NCBI GenBank assembly: GCA_051439605.1
Contig: JBFRWN010000075.1
Coordinates: 1-64,000 of the forward strand
Direction of reading: 5' to 3'
Origin: Synechococcus sp.
GTDB taxonomy: Bacteria; Cyanobacteriota; Cyanobacteriia; Thermostichales; PCC-7336
Length of the DNA stretch: 64,000 bases
Part shown: positions 28,897 to 38,777 of the stretch, piece by piece
How positions within the stretch are numbered: the first letter of the stretch is position 1
Layout: every line of letters begins with the position of its first letter
Translations under genes and position numbers: made by a program
Notes under the pieces: generated by a model
Told to the model about the DNA's origin: nothing
Databases searched by the model: none
The model's input: the letters and a program-made list of their open reading frames with translations, nothing else

Positions 28897-29436
28897 ATGG
28901 CAAAAAAATATTCAGAACTCACCCCTGCTCTGCAAACGTTCATTGCCCAACAGCAGATGTTCTTCACCGCTTCAGCCCCCCTCAGCGAAGATGGACGCGT
29001 GAATGTTTCCCCTAAAGGCATCGACACCTTCCGCTACTTGAGCCCGACTCAGGTGGCTTACCTCGACCTCACCGGCAGCGGCAACGAAACAGCGGCCCAC
29101 GTCAAAGAAAATGGGCGTTTGACCATTATGATGTGTAGCTTTGCTGGAAAGCCCACGATTCTGAGGATGTATGGCAAAGGGCGCATCGTGCGATCGCCCG
29201 ATCCGGACTGGGACAGGCTCTATTCCCACTTTGACAGCGTGCCTGGCGAACGGCAGATCGTCCTGCTGGATATCGAACTGGTGCAAACCTCATGCGGGTT
29301 TGGGGTGCCGTTATTCGAGTTCAAACGGCATCGGGATGAATTAGTGAAATGGGCGGAGCGTAAAGGAGAAGAAGGGTTGCAGAGCTATCGCCGCAACAAT
29401 AATTCCAAAAGCTTGGACGGACTACCGGCCTATTAA
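28897..29436 (+). CDS. Pyridoxamine 5'-phosphate oxidase-like FMN-binding protein
   Basis: VNVSPKG, LDLTGSGNETAAH and QTSCGFGVP. ATG 28897 chosen. Confidence 0.85.
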   Translation: MAKKYSELTPALQTFIAQQQMFFTASAPLSEDGRVNVSPKGIDTFRYLSPTQVAYLDLTGSGNETAAHVKENGRLTIMMCSFAGKPTILRMYGKGRIVRSPDPDWDRLYSHFDSVPGERQIVLLDIELVQTSCGFGVPLFEFKRHRDELVKWAERKGEEGLQSYRRNNNSKSLDGLPAY

Positions 29437-29502
29437 GCGAGTGGACGATCGAAGGATGAAATGAAAAGACCGGCCAGGCTAGAAACGCGATAGGGATAAC
29501 CC

Positions 29503-29922
29503 TCAATAGCGATCGCCATTTGTTCTACTGTCATCGACTCTCCTCCGTTGCGATTCCTCTGCCTCTGTGAATGCTTGCCAACCGGCTTTCAAACCTGCGG
29601 CCACGCTGCGGGTGGTGGTGGAAACATTTTGCACCTGCTTGCGGGTGACCTCTATCCCCCCATCCACTCGCTTGACGATTTGACCCGCACTTCTCACACC
29701 ATCGTCTAAGCTATCGGCAATCTCGCTCACTTCGAGGCCTGTCAGCCGCAGTGCCTCAAGGGTGGGGGGTAAATCCCGCTGCAGAGTATCGAAAAACTTT
29801 TTGACGCTGCGGGCGGCCTCTCCCAGTTCCCTGGCCGCTGGAATTAAGGCAACAAAGATTCCCAGTAGCCCCGCCGCCACTAGCCCGACAGATAGCCCCA
29901 ACCAAAATACCGGATCGCTCAT
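29503..29922 (-). CDS. DUF948-like membrane protein
   Basis: N-terminal TM and DLPPTLEALRLTGLE. It lies directly downstream of the YtxH-like gene. Confidence 0.75.
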   Translation of the reverse strand: MSDPVFWLGLSVGLVAAGLLGIFVALIPAARELGEAARSVKKFFDTLQRDLPPTLEALRLTGLEVSEIADSLDDGVRSAGQIVKRVDGGIEVTRKQVQNVSTTTRSVAAGLKAGWQAFTEAEESQRRRVDDSRTNGDRY

Positions 29923-29957
29923 GCTCAACTTCCGCTCGAAGGACGATAAGACATACC

Positions 29958-30344
29958 TTAAGAGGCCACAGTAGACCGAGAAGTCTCATCTAAATCTGAA
30001 CCCACTAATTCGGGTTGGAACCCTTCACTGGGGCGGGGAAGGTTTTGTTTGGACAGTTCTTTATGGGTTTTGCTCATGGTTTCTTTACCCACTTCGATTG
30101 CCTCCTGCAGACGATCGAAGGTTTCATCCAGGCTTGCCATGGCTGAATCCAGCAGCTTTTCCGACTGGTACTGAGCACTGGTTTTCAGATCTTCGGCCAC
30201 ATCCGGCAATGCCTCTGCTGACTTGCGTAAAAACCTGCGGGTTTCGCGACCGCTGCGGGGAGCAATCAATAACCCGATCGCCGTACCGACGGCGCTTCCC
30301 ACAATTAATCCGCCTAAAAATGCCCCAGCTCGGTTACGTCCCAT
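29958..30344 (-). CDS. YtxH-domain protein
   Basis: FLGGLIVGSAVGTAIGLLIAPRSGRETR. Confidence 0.85.
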   Translation of the reverse strand: MGRNRAGAFLGGLIVGSAVGTAIGLLIAPRSGRETRRFLRKSAEALPDVAEDLKTSAQYQSEKLLDSAMASLDETFDRLQEAIEVGKETMSKTHKELSKQNLPRPSEGFQPELVGSDLDETSRSTVAS

Positions 30345-30452
30345 TGCAATTTGCTCCTACCGTTGCCCCAGCCCTTCCACCGAGTCTATCGTATGTCGAT
30401 AACTGTGCCGATCTAACCAATTTGCCCCAATAAACTGCCTCCTGTCTAACAT

Positions 30453-30911
30453 CTAGCAGTTGGCTTTCTGGATGGATGTCTGCCGAATAGCTTCAAACAG
30501 CCCGATCGCCACGCTACTGCCTAAATTGAGGCTGCGGACGGGTCCGGTTAGGGGAATGCGGACGGTGGGATGTTTGGCCAAAATTTCGGGGGGCAAGCCG
30601 CGGCTTTCGCAGCCAAACACTAGCCAGTCTTGGGGTTGAAACTCAACGTCCGTATAGGATTGCTCGCCACGTACCGTGAAACACCAGAACCGGCCATTGG
30701 GGTCTTGACGTTCTAGATCGTCCCAATTGGCGTGGCGGTGCAGATCTACGGCAGGCCAGTAATCGAGTCCCGCCCGCTTGAGATAGCGATCGGTGAGCTG
30801 AAACCCCAAGGGGTCAACTAAATGCAACGGGGTACCGGTGGCTGCACAACTGCGGGCTACGTTTCCCGTGTTGGGGGGGATTTCTGGTGCCACCAAGACG
30901 ATTTGAACCAT
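30453..30911 (-). CDS. trmL: tRNA (cytidine/uridine-34-2'-O)-methyltransferase
   Basis: PEIPPNTGN, RAGLDYW, FGCESRGLP and RSLNL. Confidence 0.93.
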   Translation of the reverse strand: MVQIVLVAPEIPPNTGNVARSCAATGTPLHLVDPLGFQLTDRYLKRAGLDYWPAVDLHRHANWDDLERQDPNGRFWCFTVRGEQSYTDVEFQPQDWLVFGCESRGLPPEILAKHPTVRIPLTGPVRSLNLGSSVAIGLFEAIRQTSIQKANC

Positions 30912-31049
30912 GCGTGCGTGAGAATCTGGCGATCGAATGATTGATTAATGGACATGTGGATGGTTATTGGAACCATTACAAGAGACTAATTCCCCCTCTC
31001 TTTGGGTCCAGACTCTGCCTGTTAGGGAGAGGAATAGAGGCGATACCGT

Positions 31050-31232
31050 TTATTGACTGGCAGAGTGCTGGCTGCGCAGACGGTCTAAGCGAGCTTGTGC
31101 GATCTCTAGCATCTTGTCCAGAGACGTCTCATGGATGAATTCAGAGGCTTTCTGACGCTCCTCTAGATGGGGGCATTCTTCTCCCAAAACACAGCCGTTG
31201 ATACAGGCTTCGGCGCAATTAATCTCGGTCAC
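31050..31232 (-). CDS. Small Cys-rich hypothetical protein (60 aa)
   Basis: NCAEACINGCVLGEECP (C-x3-C-x3-C-x6-C), co-oriented with trmL. Confidence 0.7.
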   Translation of the reverse strand: MTEINCAEACINGCVLGEECPHLEERQKASEFIHETSLDKMLEIAQARLDRLRSQHSASQ

Positions 31233-31908
31233 AGCTACTTATTGGTGTGGGTCACTCTCTAGTCCCACTCTAAACGATCGCACCTGCTCCCCATCAAAAT
31301 CATCAGCCGGTCTTTTGGCCATCCAGGTTACACCATGGGGTTTGTTGTTGGGTGGAGAGGACTCCTCGAATGATTGGGTCTGCCTTGCGTTTTCTGATTT
31401 TGGGTTGGATCAACAAACTGGACGAGGTTTCTGTGGAGTAGCTTTACATTTCGAGGCGGAGCCCCCTAAATTCACCATTCTGTGAGACTTTTGATACATC
31501 TCCTCAAAGCGCTCCAAGATTCGATAAAAGATCGAGAATTGCTTCCCTTCCAGTCCTCTAAGTTCCAAAACTGATACCAAAGATCTTACCCATATCCCTA
31601 AATCAATCTCGTACTCGTATAAGTCCCCCACTAGTATGAAATCTAGGGAGCTCTCTTCCCATACAATGCCCTCGCTTCAATGGGTTTAACCTGACTGCAA
31701 CCTGTACCACTAATAAATTCTCAGGCTTTGTCATATAGAAAGTCTTTTCACAATATATTTGGCATTGAAAATTAAATTATCTGATAGAAATTCGCATCAG
31801 AGATAAGGCAAACGATCTGCAATTTGAGCTCAATTGTCGCCCAATAATTAGCCCCAATCGCCATATGGGTACTAAGCTAGGAGCCAAAAGACGCCCCTTA
31901 AGAACATA

Positions 31909-33213
31909 ATGTTGACCTTGTCATTACTCAAAAAACCTACATTTCTAGCAATACTACCAGTCCTGTTATTCCTCGCCGCCTGTGGTGGAGAAGGCGAGCA
32001 AAGCACATCTTCCAATCCCAGCCCCGAGCAACGCACCGTGACAGTTCTGGGGGTGGTGATCGGAGAGCAACAAGAAAAGCTAGAGGCAGCCCTAGCGCCG
32101 TTCGAGACAGAAACCGGGATTGATGTCATTTACGAAGGGACAGACGCCTTCGCCACCCTGCTGCCAGTCAGAGTAGCTGCCAATAATGCCCCTGACATCG
32201 CTATGTTTCCGCAACCCGGCTTGTTGGCAGACTTTGCCCGCTCCGGAGACTTGCTCCCCCTCGATCGCTTTGTCGATCGCGATACCCTCACCGCGGCCTA
32301 TCCCCAAGACTGGATCGACCTCGGAACCGTTGACGACCAAAGCTACGGCATTTGGTACCGAGCCTCCGTCAAAAGCCTGGTGTGGTACAGCCCCGCAGCC
32401 TTTGAGGCCGCAGACTACGAGATTCCCAACAGTTGGGATGAATTAATTGCCCTCTCGGATCGCATCGTTGCGGATGGAGGAGTGCCTTGGTGTTTGGGGA
32501 TGGAAAGTGGCAGTTCCACTGGCTGGGTGGGTACTGACTGGATTGAAGACATCATGCTGCGCACGGCAGGGGCAGACACCTACGATCGGTGGCTGACCAA
32601 CGACCTATCTTTCGAATCACCAGAGGTCAAAACTGCGTTCGAACAATTTGGCGAGATTGCACTCAACCCCAATTACGTTGTGGGGGGGACTGTGGGAGCG
32701 ATCTCTACTCCCTTTGGAGATTCCCCCAATGGCTTGTTCGCCGATCCGCCCCAGTGCTATCTGCATCGACAGGCCAATTTCATTGCCTCCTTTTTCCCAG
32801 AAGAGGTGACACTCGGCGAAGACATCGCTATTTTCCCACTGCCCCCCATTGATGACACCTACGGCTTGCCCGTCTTGGTGGCCGGAGACGCATTTGCCGC
32901 CTTTAACGATACCCCCGAGGTGGCAGCCCTGATGGTCTATTTGTCTACTTCCCAGCCCCACGAAATTTGGGCGGGATTGGGGGGCTTTATCTCCCCCCAC
33001 AATCAGGTCAGCTTGGACGCTTACCCCAATGCAATTACTCGTCAGCAGGCAGAAATCTTGGCAAATGCGGAAACGGTTCGCTTCGATGGCTCGGATATGA
33101 TGCCCGGGGCGGTGGGAACCGGTTCTTTCTGGTCGGGAGTCACCAATTACGTTGGCGGTACCTCCCTGGATGTCGTTCTTTCAGACATTCAAACTAGTTG
33201 GCCCAGTGAATAG
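31909..33213 (+). CDS. Alpha-glucoside/glucosylglycerol ABC transporter substrate-binding lipoprotein (GgtB/AglE-like)
   Basis: LAAC lipobox, PDIAMFPQPG, KSLVWY, TGWVGTDWIEDIMLR and RFDGSDMMPG. Confidence 0.9.
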   Translation: MLTLSLLKKPTFLAILPVLLFLAACGGEGEQSTSSNPSPEQRTVTVLGVVIGEQQEKLEAALAPFETETGIDVIYEGTDAFATLLPVRVAANNAPDIAMFPQPGLLADFARSGDLLPLDRFVDRDTLTAAYPQDWIDLGTVDDQSYGIWYRASVKSLVWYSPAAFEAADYEIPNSWDELIALSDRIVADGGVPWCLGMESGSSTGWVGTDWIEDIMLRTAGADTYDRWLTNDLSFESPEVKTAFEQFGEIALNPNYVVGGTVGAISTPFGDSPNGLFADPPQCYLHRQANFIASFFPEEVTLGEDIAIFPLPPIDDTYGLPVLVAGDAFAAFNDTPEVAALMVYLSTSQPHEIWAGLGGFISPHNQVSLDAYPNAITRQQAEILANAETVRFDGSDMMPGAVGTGSFWSGVTNYVGGTSLDVVLSDIQTSWPSE

Positions 33214-33260
33214 CAGCTCTCAAGATCGTCTATTCGAATAACAATTGCTCCATTGCCCCT

Positions 33261-34343
33261 ATGACCCCATCAAGTCTCTCTCGATCGCCTTTAGCCAAAA
33301 CCACCATCCTTGTCACAACTCTGTTCTTAGCCTGTAGTCTTGCGTTGACATTTGCCTTTGGAAGTAGCCCCCTTGTGATGCGTCTTTGGGGGGTCGTTGC
33401 GGCTATTGCCGCTGGGTCTATCGGAGTTATCGCACTCTATTTCGGGTTAAATGCGATCGTGCAGCAGTTACCTCGCCGCTGGCGACCTCGGGTGTTGCCC
33501 TGGGTGTTTATCGGTCCAGCTGCTGCGCTATTGAGTGCCTACTTGGTGCTGCCCACGCTGAACACTATTTACCTCAGCTTTCTCGATCGCCAATCAGAAG
33601 GCTTTGTTGGTTTGAGCAACTATGCCTTTGCCTTCACCGAACGGGTGATGTTAATCGCCTTTCGCAATAACTTTTTGTGGTTGGTGCTTGTGACGGGGGT
33701 GAGTGTTGCCTTTGGTCTGCTGATTGCCGTTCTGGTCGATCGGGTCAAATACGAGCCCCTAGCAAAATCCCTGATCTTTTTGCCCATGGCGATTTCGTTC
33801 GTAGGGGCCAGCGTCATCTGGCGGTTTGTCTACGCCTTTCGCCCAGCAAATTTCGAACAAATTGGCCTGCTCAACGCAATTGTCACCAGCCTGGGCTTTG
33901 AACCCGTAGGGTGGCTGGTTGAGCGATCGATCAATAATTTTGCTCTGATTGCCATCATGATTTGGCTGTACACCGGCTTTTGCATGGTGCTGCTTTCTTC
34001 CGCAATCAAGGGCATTCCCTCTGAACTCCTTGAGGCCGCCCGCATCGATGGGGCCAACGAGTTCCAGATTTTCTGGCGGATTATCGTTCCCCATGTTCGC
34101 TCCACCATCGCGGTGGTGGCCACCACCGTCATCATTCTGGTGTTGAAGGTATTCGACATTGTGTGGGTGATGACCGGCGGTAATCAAGGAACGGAGGTAT
34201 TGGCCAGCCGCATGATCAAAGAAATGTTCACCTTCCGAGACTTTGGCCGAGGCAGCGCAATCGCCGTTGTGCTTTTCATCCTGGTGATTCCCGTCATCGC
34301 CGCCAACATTCGTCGCTTCCAACAGCAGGAGGCGACTCGGTGA
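33261..34343 (+). CDS. Sugar ABC transporter permease (GgtC/AglF-like)
   Basis: Multiple TMs, EAARIDGA loop and KSLIFLPMAISFVGA. Confidence 0.92.
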   Translation: MTPSSLSRSPLAKTTILVTTLFLACSLALTFAFGSSPLVMRLWGVVAAIAAGSIGVIALYFGLNAIVQQLPRRWRPRVLPWVFIGPAAALLSAYLVLPTLNTIYLSFLDRQSEGFVGLSNYAFAFTERVMLIAFRNNFLWLVLVTGVSVAFGLLIAVLVDRVKYEPLAKSLIFLPMAISFVGASVIWRFVYAFRPANFEQIGLLNAIVTSLGFEPVGWLVERSINNFALIAIMIWLYTGFCMVLLSSAIKGIPSELLEAARIDGANEFQIFWRIIVPHVRSTIAVVATTVIILVLKVFDIVWVMTGGNQGTEVLASRMIKEMFTFRDFGRGSAIAVVLFILVIPVIAANIRRFQQQEATR

Positions 34344-35233
34344 TGACGTCCTCCGTACCCGCATCCTCTAAATGGCTCCCGAGAGCCCGCAAAGTTATTT
34401 CCCGCCTCCCTCTCCATGCTGCAATTGTCATCATTTGCGTGTTGTGGAGCTTGCCCACAACCGGCTTGCTCATCAGCTCGTTACGCCAGCGGGATGCCTT
34501 GCTCGAATCCGGCTGGTGGACGGTCCTGCAACCCCCTTTGAATTTCGCTCAATTCACCTGGGAGAACTACATTCAGGTGGCGACAGCTGAAGGTATGGGG
34601 CAAGCGTTTCTGAACAGCTTGACCATCACCATCCCCGCCACGGTCATCCCGATCGCGATCGCCACCTTTGCCGCCTACGCCCTCGCTTGGATGAAATTTC
34701 CGGGGCGGCAGCTATTGTTTGCCATCACCATTGCATTGCTGGTGGTGCCGCTACAAATGACCTTAATTCCAGTGTTGCGGGCCTACAGCTCGTTAGGTCT
34801 ATCTGGGACGTTCTTAGGTATCTGGCTGGCCCACACTGGCTACGGTCTACCTCTGGGCATTTACCTGATGCGCAATTATATCGGGTCGTTACCCAGCGAG
34901 TTGATCGAGGCAGCCTCGGTGGATGGAGCCTCCCACTGGCAGATTTTCACTCGCTTAATTGTACCGCTGTCCGTCCCGGCGATCGCCTCGTTCGCAGTCT
35001 TCCAATTTTTGTGGGTCTGGAACGATTTGCTGGTGGCCTTAGTCTATCTAGGCGGCACCCCAGACGTCGCACCAGTCACCCTTCAGCTAAGCAAGATTGT
35101 CGGCTCGCGCGGTCAAGATTGGCACCTGCTCACAGCCGGTGCATTCGTGAGTATGACAATCCCGCTCCTGGTGTTTTTCACCCTGCAGCGGTTCTTCGTG
35201 CGAGGAATTCTAGCAGGATCGGTGAAGGGCTAA
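34340..35233 (+). CDS. Sugar ABC transporter permease (GgtD/AglG-like)
   Basis: EAASVDGA, FQFLWVWNDLL and RGILAGSVKG. It overlaps the previous stop. Confidence 0.92.
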   Translation: MMTSSVPASSKWLPRARKVISRLPLHAAIVIICVLWSLPTTGLLISSLRQRDALLESGWWTVLQPPLNFAQFTWENYIQVATAEGMGQAFLNSLTITIPATVIPIAIATFAAYALAWMKFPGRQLLFAITIALLVVPLQMTLIPVLRAYSSLGLSGTFLGIWLAHTGYGLPLGIYLMRNYIGSLPSELIEAASVDGASHWQIFTRLIVPLSVPAIASFAVFQFLWVWNDLLVALVYLGGTPDVAPVTLQLSKIVGSRGQDWHLLTAGAFVSMTIPLLVFFTLQRFFVRGILAGSVKG

Positions 35234-35263
35234 GCGGATTTCAGCAACAGTAATGAGGTTGAT

Positions 35264-36367
35264 ATGGCAGGAGTAGTGTTCGATCGCGTCACCAAACGCT
35301 ACGGCGATTTCACCGCTGTCAGCGAACTCAGCCTAGACATTCAAGATCGAGAATTCCTCGTATTAGTGGGACCGTCGGGCTGCGGCAAAACCACATCCCT
35401 GCGCATGCTAGCGGGGTTAGAAGACCTCAGTTCGGGCCAGATTTTCATCGGCGATCGCCAAGTAAACGACGTGCCCTCTAAGGACCGAGATATTGCCATG
35501 GTCTTCCAGTCCTACGCCCTCTACCCCCACATGACGGTGTACGAAAACATGGCCTTTAGCCTGTCACTGCGGGGGATGCAGAAGGCCGAGATCGACCGCA
35601 GGGTAGACGATGCCGCTCAGCAGATGGGGATCGAATCGCTATTGCATCGCAAGCCCAAGCAGTTGTCGGGGGGGCAGCGACAGCGGGTGGCTGTCTGTCG
35701 AGCCATGGTCAGAGATCCGGCCGTATTTTTGATGGACGAGCCGCTATCAAACTTGGATGCCAAGCTGCGAGTGCAAGCCAGGGCAGAAATTAGCAAACTG
35801 CATCAGAAATTGGGGGCAACGTTTATTTACGTCACTCACGATCAGGTGGAAGCGATGACGATGGGCACCCGCATCGCAGTCCTCAATAACGGGGTGTTAC
35901 AGCAGGTGGATACCCCCGCGAATTTGTACAATCATCCCAAAAACACCTTCGTAGCTGAATTCATCGGCAGCCCCTCCATGAACCTATTTGATGCCCAGTT
36001 GCTCGAACGCGAAGGTGACATGTACCTGAAGGCGCCAGCCTTCGAACTGAAATTACCCGATCGCATAGCAGAGCGATTTCGCCGCTATCGAGATCTCCTT
36101 GTCATCTTCGGCCTCCGCCCCGAAAATATCCACGACCCCCACTATGCAGCCCCTAACATTTCCCCCGCATCTGTCACAGCCCAAGTGTCTGTTATGGAAA
36201 TGATGGGCAACGAGGTGATTGTCTATTTAGAGGGACCCAATGGCAGCGAGTACGTTGCGCGCTTGGATCCGCGCACTGAAATCAAAGTGGGACAGTCCGT
36301 CACCCTGTGGTTCGACATGGAGAGCTTACATTTGTTCGATCGCGATCTCAAAACAGCGATCGCCTAG
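35264..36367 (+). CDS. Sugar ABC transporter ATP-binding protein (MalK/GgtA-like)
   Basis: GPSGCGKT, LSGGQRQR, DEPLSNLD and VTHDQ. Confidence 0.95.
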   Translation: MAGVVFDRVTKRYGDFTAVSELSLDIQDREFLVLVGPSGCGKTTSLRMLAGLEDLSSGQIFIGDRQVNDVPSKDRDIAMVFQSYALYPHMTVYENMAFSLSLRGMQKAEIDRRVDDAAQQMGIESLLHRKPKQLSGGQRQRVAVCRAMVRDPAVFLMDEPLSNLDAKLRVQARAEISKLHQKLGATFIYVTHDQVEAMTMGTRIAVLNNGVLQQVDTPANLYNHPKNTFVAEFIGSPSMNLFDAQLLEREGDMYLKAPAFELKLPDRIAERFRRYRDLLVIFGLRPENIHDPHYAAPNISPASVTAQVSVMEMMGNEVIVYLEGPNGSEYVARLDPRTEIKVGQSVTLWFDMESLHLFDRDLKTAIA

Positions 36368-36447
36368 CGTATAAGGGAAGGGTCGCCTGCAGCTGCACAC
36401 TCGCTCAATCTCCAAAACATCCGGCCGAGCTCTCCCAACTTTTATAC

Positions 36448-38415
36448 ATGTCGCTATCCACCTACATTGACGCCGGGCCGCTCAAGCTTCCTTTGCAGGG
36501 GGCGATTCCCCTCGATTCATCTCCCCCTTGCTGTCGAGACTGGACTTTCCAACTCTGGGCTCCTGAGGCTCATCGGGTCGAACTGGAACTGTGGCCAAGA
36601 CAGGTTAGTCACGAGCAGACCGATTCCCCAAGAGCTACCCCCCAGATAATTCCCCTGCAAAAACTTGTTGGATTGCGTTCGCCCGCGAACGACTACTTCG
36701 TGGCCCAGGTGCCACAATTACCGACTGGGACCGAATACCGCTACATCATCGACGACCAACCCCGCCCCGACCCAGCCTCCCGCTGGCAGCCCCGCGGCGT
36801 CCACGGGCCCTCTGCCCTGTTCGACCCCGCCGCCTATGACTGGGAAGATGCTGACTGGAGAGGGATCCCGCTGCGGGACTACATCATCTACGAGCTACAC
36901 GTTGGCACCCTGACAAACGCAGGAACGTTTGCAAGTGCCGTGGCCATCCTGCCCTACTTGGTTGAATTGGGCATTACGGCGGTCGAGATTATGCCAGTGG
37001 CGCAGTTCCCCGGCGAGCGCAACTGGGGCTACGACGGTACGTTTCCTTATGCAGCGCAGAGTAGTTACGGCGGACCGCAGGGACTGCAAACCTTTGTGGA
37101 TGCCTGCCACCAACAGGGACTAGCTGTCATCTTGGATGTGGTCTACAACCATCTGGGCCACGAAGGCAATTACCTCTGGGGGCTAGCCCCGTATTTTAGC
37201 GATATTCACAACACCCCGTGGGGGGCCGCCCTTAATTGGGATGCTCGCGACTGCGATCCTGTCCGAGAGTTTTTCATCGAAAATGCCCTCTATTGGTTGA
37301 CCCACTTTCACATCGATGGACTGCGACTGGATGCCGTGGACTTCATTATTGACACCAGTCCCCTTCCCTTAATGCAGGAAATGCAAGCGCGAATCGAAGC
37401 TCGGGCTCGGGAATTAGGCAAACCGCTTTACTTGTTCGCGGAATCCTGTCGCAATGATGCCCGTTACGTCCTGCCAAGGGGGCAAGGGGGCTACGGTCTG
37501 GCGGCCCAATGGACAGACGATCTGCACAATTCCCTGTACGCACTGCTGACAAACGATCGCCAGGAATATTACACAGATTTTGGCTCGGCCACCCAGCTCG
37601 TGCAAAGTTATCGCCATCCTTTCGTTTTTGCCGGAGACTATTCCCACTACTACCGCCGTCGGCGCGGCACCCCCAATCCTCCATCATTGCCCCCAGAGCG
37701 ATCGGTCGTGTACGCCCAAAACCACGACCGCGTGGGCAATCGCCGTAACGGTCTGCGCCTCAACAATCGCCTGGATTTTGCCAGTCAGAAGCTAGCTGCC
37801 GGGTTAATGCTGTTCTCCCCCTACACGCCCTTGCTTTTTATGGGGGAAGAGTACGGCGAATCCGGACCCTTCGAGTTCTTCACGGACTACAGCGATCCAA
37901 TCGTTATCGAGGGCATGCTGGCAGGCAGACAACAGGAATATGCCGAGTTTTTAGCCTCTGGAGAAGATCTGCCAGACCCCCAATCGAAAGAGGGCTTCGA
38001 GCGATCGCGCTTAAATTGGGATCTGAAATATGCAGATCGTCACCGTCAGTTATTGGCGTTTTATAGAGCTGCCATCCAAACACGGAAGCAGATTCTCCAC
38101 ACAGGCATGGATTACTCAGTCATCTCATTCCCCCCGCAGGATGCTGTCGAACCGACCCTGTTTGGCCTCAGATACACATCACAAGGTGTTGAGTTCTTGG
38201 TGGCGTTTTGTTTACCTGGGGGTGAAACCCAGCCACTACAACTCCCTTCTCCGGGATCGGGCAATCGCCAGTGGATTTGCCAGCTTGATTCGAATTCTGA
38301 AGAGTTTGGGGGTGTCGAGTGCCAAGACAGCCGGATTGAAGGCGATCGCAGGTCTCCATTTCCACAACCTGGAGTACGTCTATACTGCGCCCAAGCCCAC
38401 CTCAACCCCAACTGA
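36448..38415 (+). CDS. treZ: Malto-oligosyltrehalose trehalohydrolase (GH13)
   Basis: PDPASRWQPRGVHGPS, RNWGYDG, DVVYNH, GLRLDAV, QNHDRVGNR and LFMGEE. ATG 36448 chosen. Confidence 0.88.
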   Translation: MSLSTYIDAGPLKLPLQGAIPLDSSPPCCRDWTFQLWAPEAHRVELELWPRQVSHEQTDSPRATPQIIPLQKLVGLRSPANDYFVAQVPQLPTGTEYRYIIDDQPRPDPASRWQPRGVHGPSALFDPAAYDWEDADWRGIPLRDYIIYELHVGTLTNAGTFASAVAILPYLVELGITAVEIMPVAQFPGERNWGYDGTFPYAAQSSYGGPQGLQTFVDACHQQGLAVILDVVYNHLGHEGNYLWGLAPYFSDIHNTPWGAALNWDARDCDPVREFFIENALYWLTHFHIDGLRLDAVDFIIDTSPLPLMQEMQARIEARARELGKPLYLFAESCRNDARYVLPRGQGGYGLAAQWTDDLHNSLYALLTNDRQEYYTDFGSATQLVQSYRHPFVFAGDYSHYYRRRRGTPNPPSLPPERSVVYAQNHDRVGNRRNGLRLNNRLDFASQKLAAGLMLFSPYTPLLFMGEEYGESGPFEFFTDYSDPIVIEGMLAGRQQEYAEFLASGEDLPDPQSKEGFERSRLNWDLKYADRHRQLLAFYRAAIQTRKQILHTGMDYSVISFPPQDAVEPTLFGLRYTSQGVEFLVAFCLPGGETQPLQLPSPGSGNRQWICQLDSNSEEFGGVECQDSRIEGDRRSPFPQPGVRLYCAQAHLNPN

Positions 38416-38777
38416 GGTCAATGTGCTACCCCTTCCCATCTGAGATTTTAGGACTTTAGAACTATGCAAATATACCGCCTAAATCTTGGTGCAATCTATC
38501 GAAACAGAATGGCGATGGGACATCTGCGCCTTGAAGTGATGTAAAAAAACACTTCAAAATGACAGATTGTCATAGTTTTATAGTAAGTATTAAATGTGCT
38601 CTCAATTCCTCTGGAAAGACAGGCAAAAAAAACGGATAGAGATTCTTGTTTTTTTTACGGACATCCTGAGGATTTATCCGCTTCTTTAACTTTCTCGGAA
38701 CATATAGTTTTTGGCTATATTTGTTTGATATAGTCACATGTTTGCGTTGACAAACGGTTGAATGAGGCAATGCGATC

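Noticed and set aside
31250..31631. 73-aa ORF (31410-31631, minus) and its read-through frame
   Set aside because: No recognisable motif or ribosome-binding site. It may be a gene relic, but this cannot be supported.
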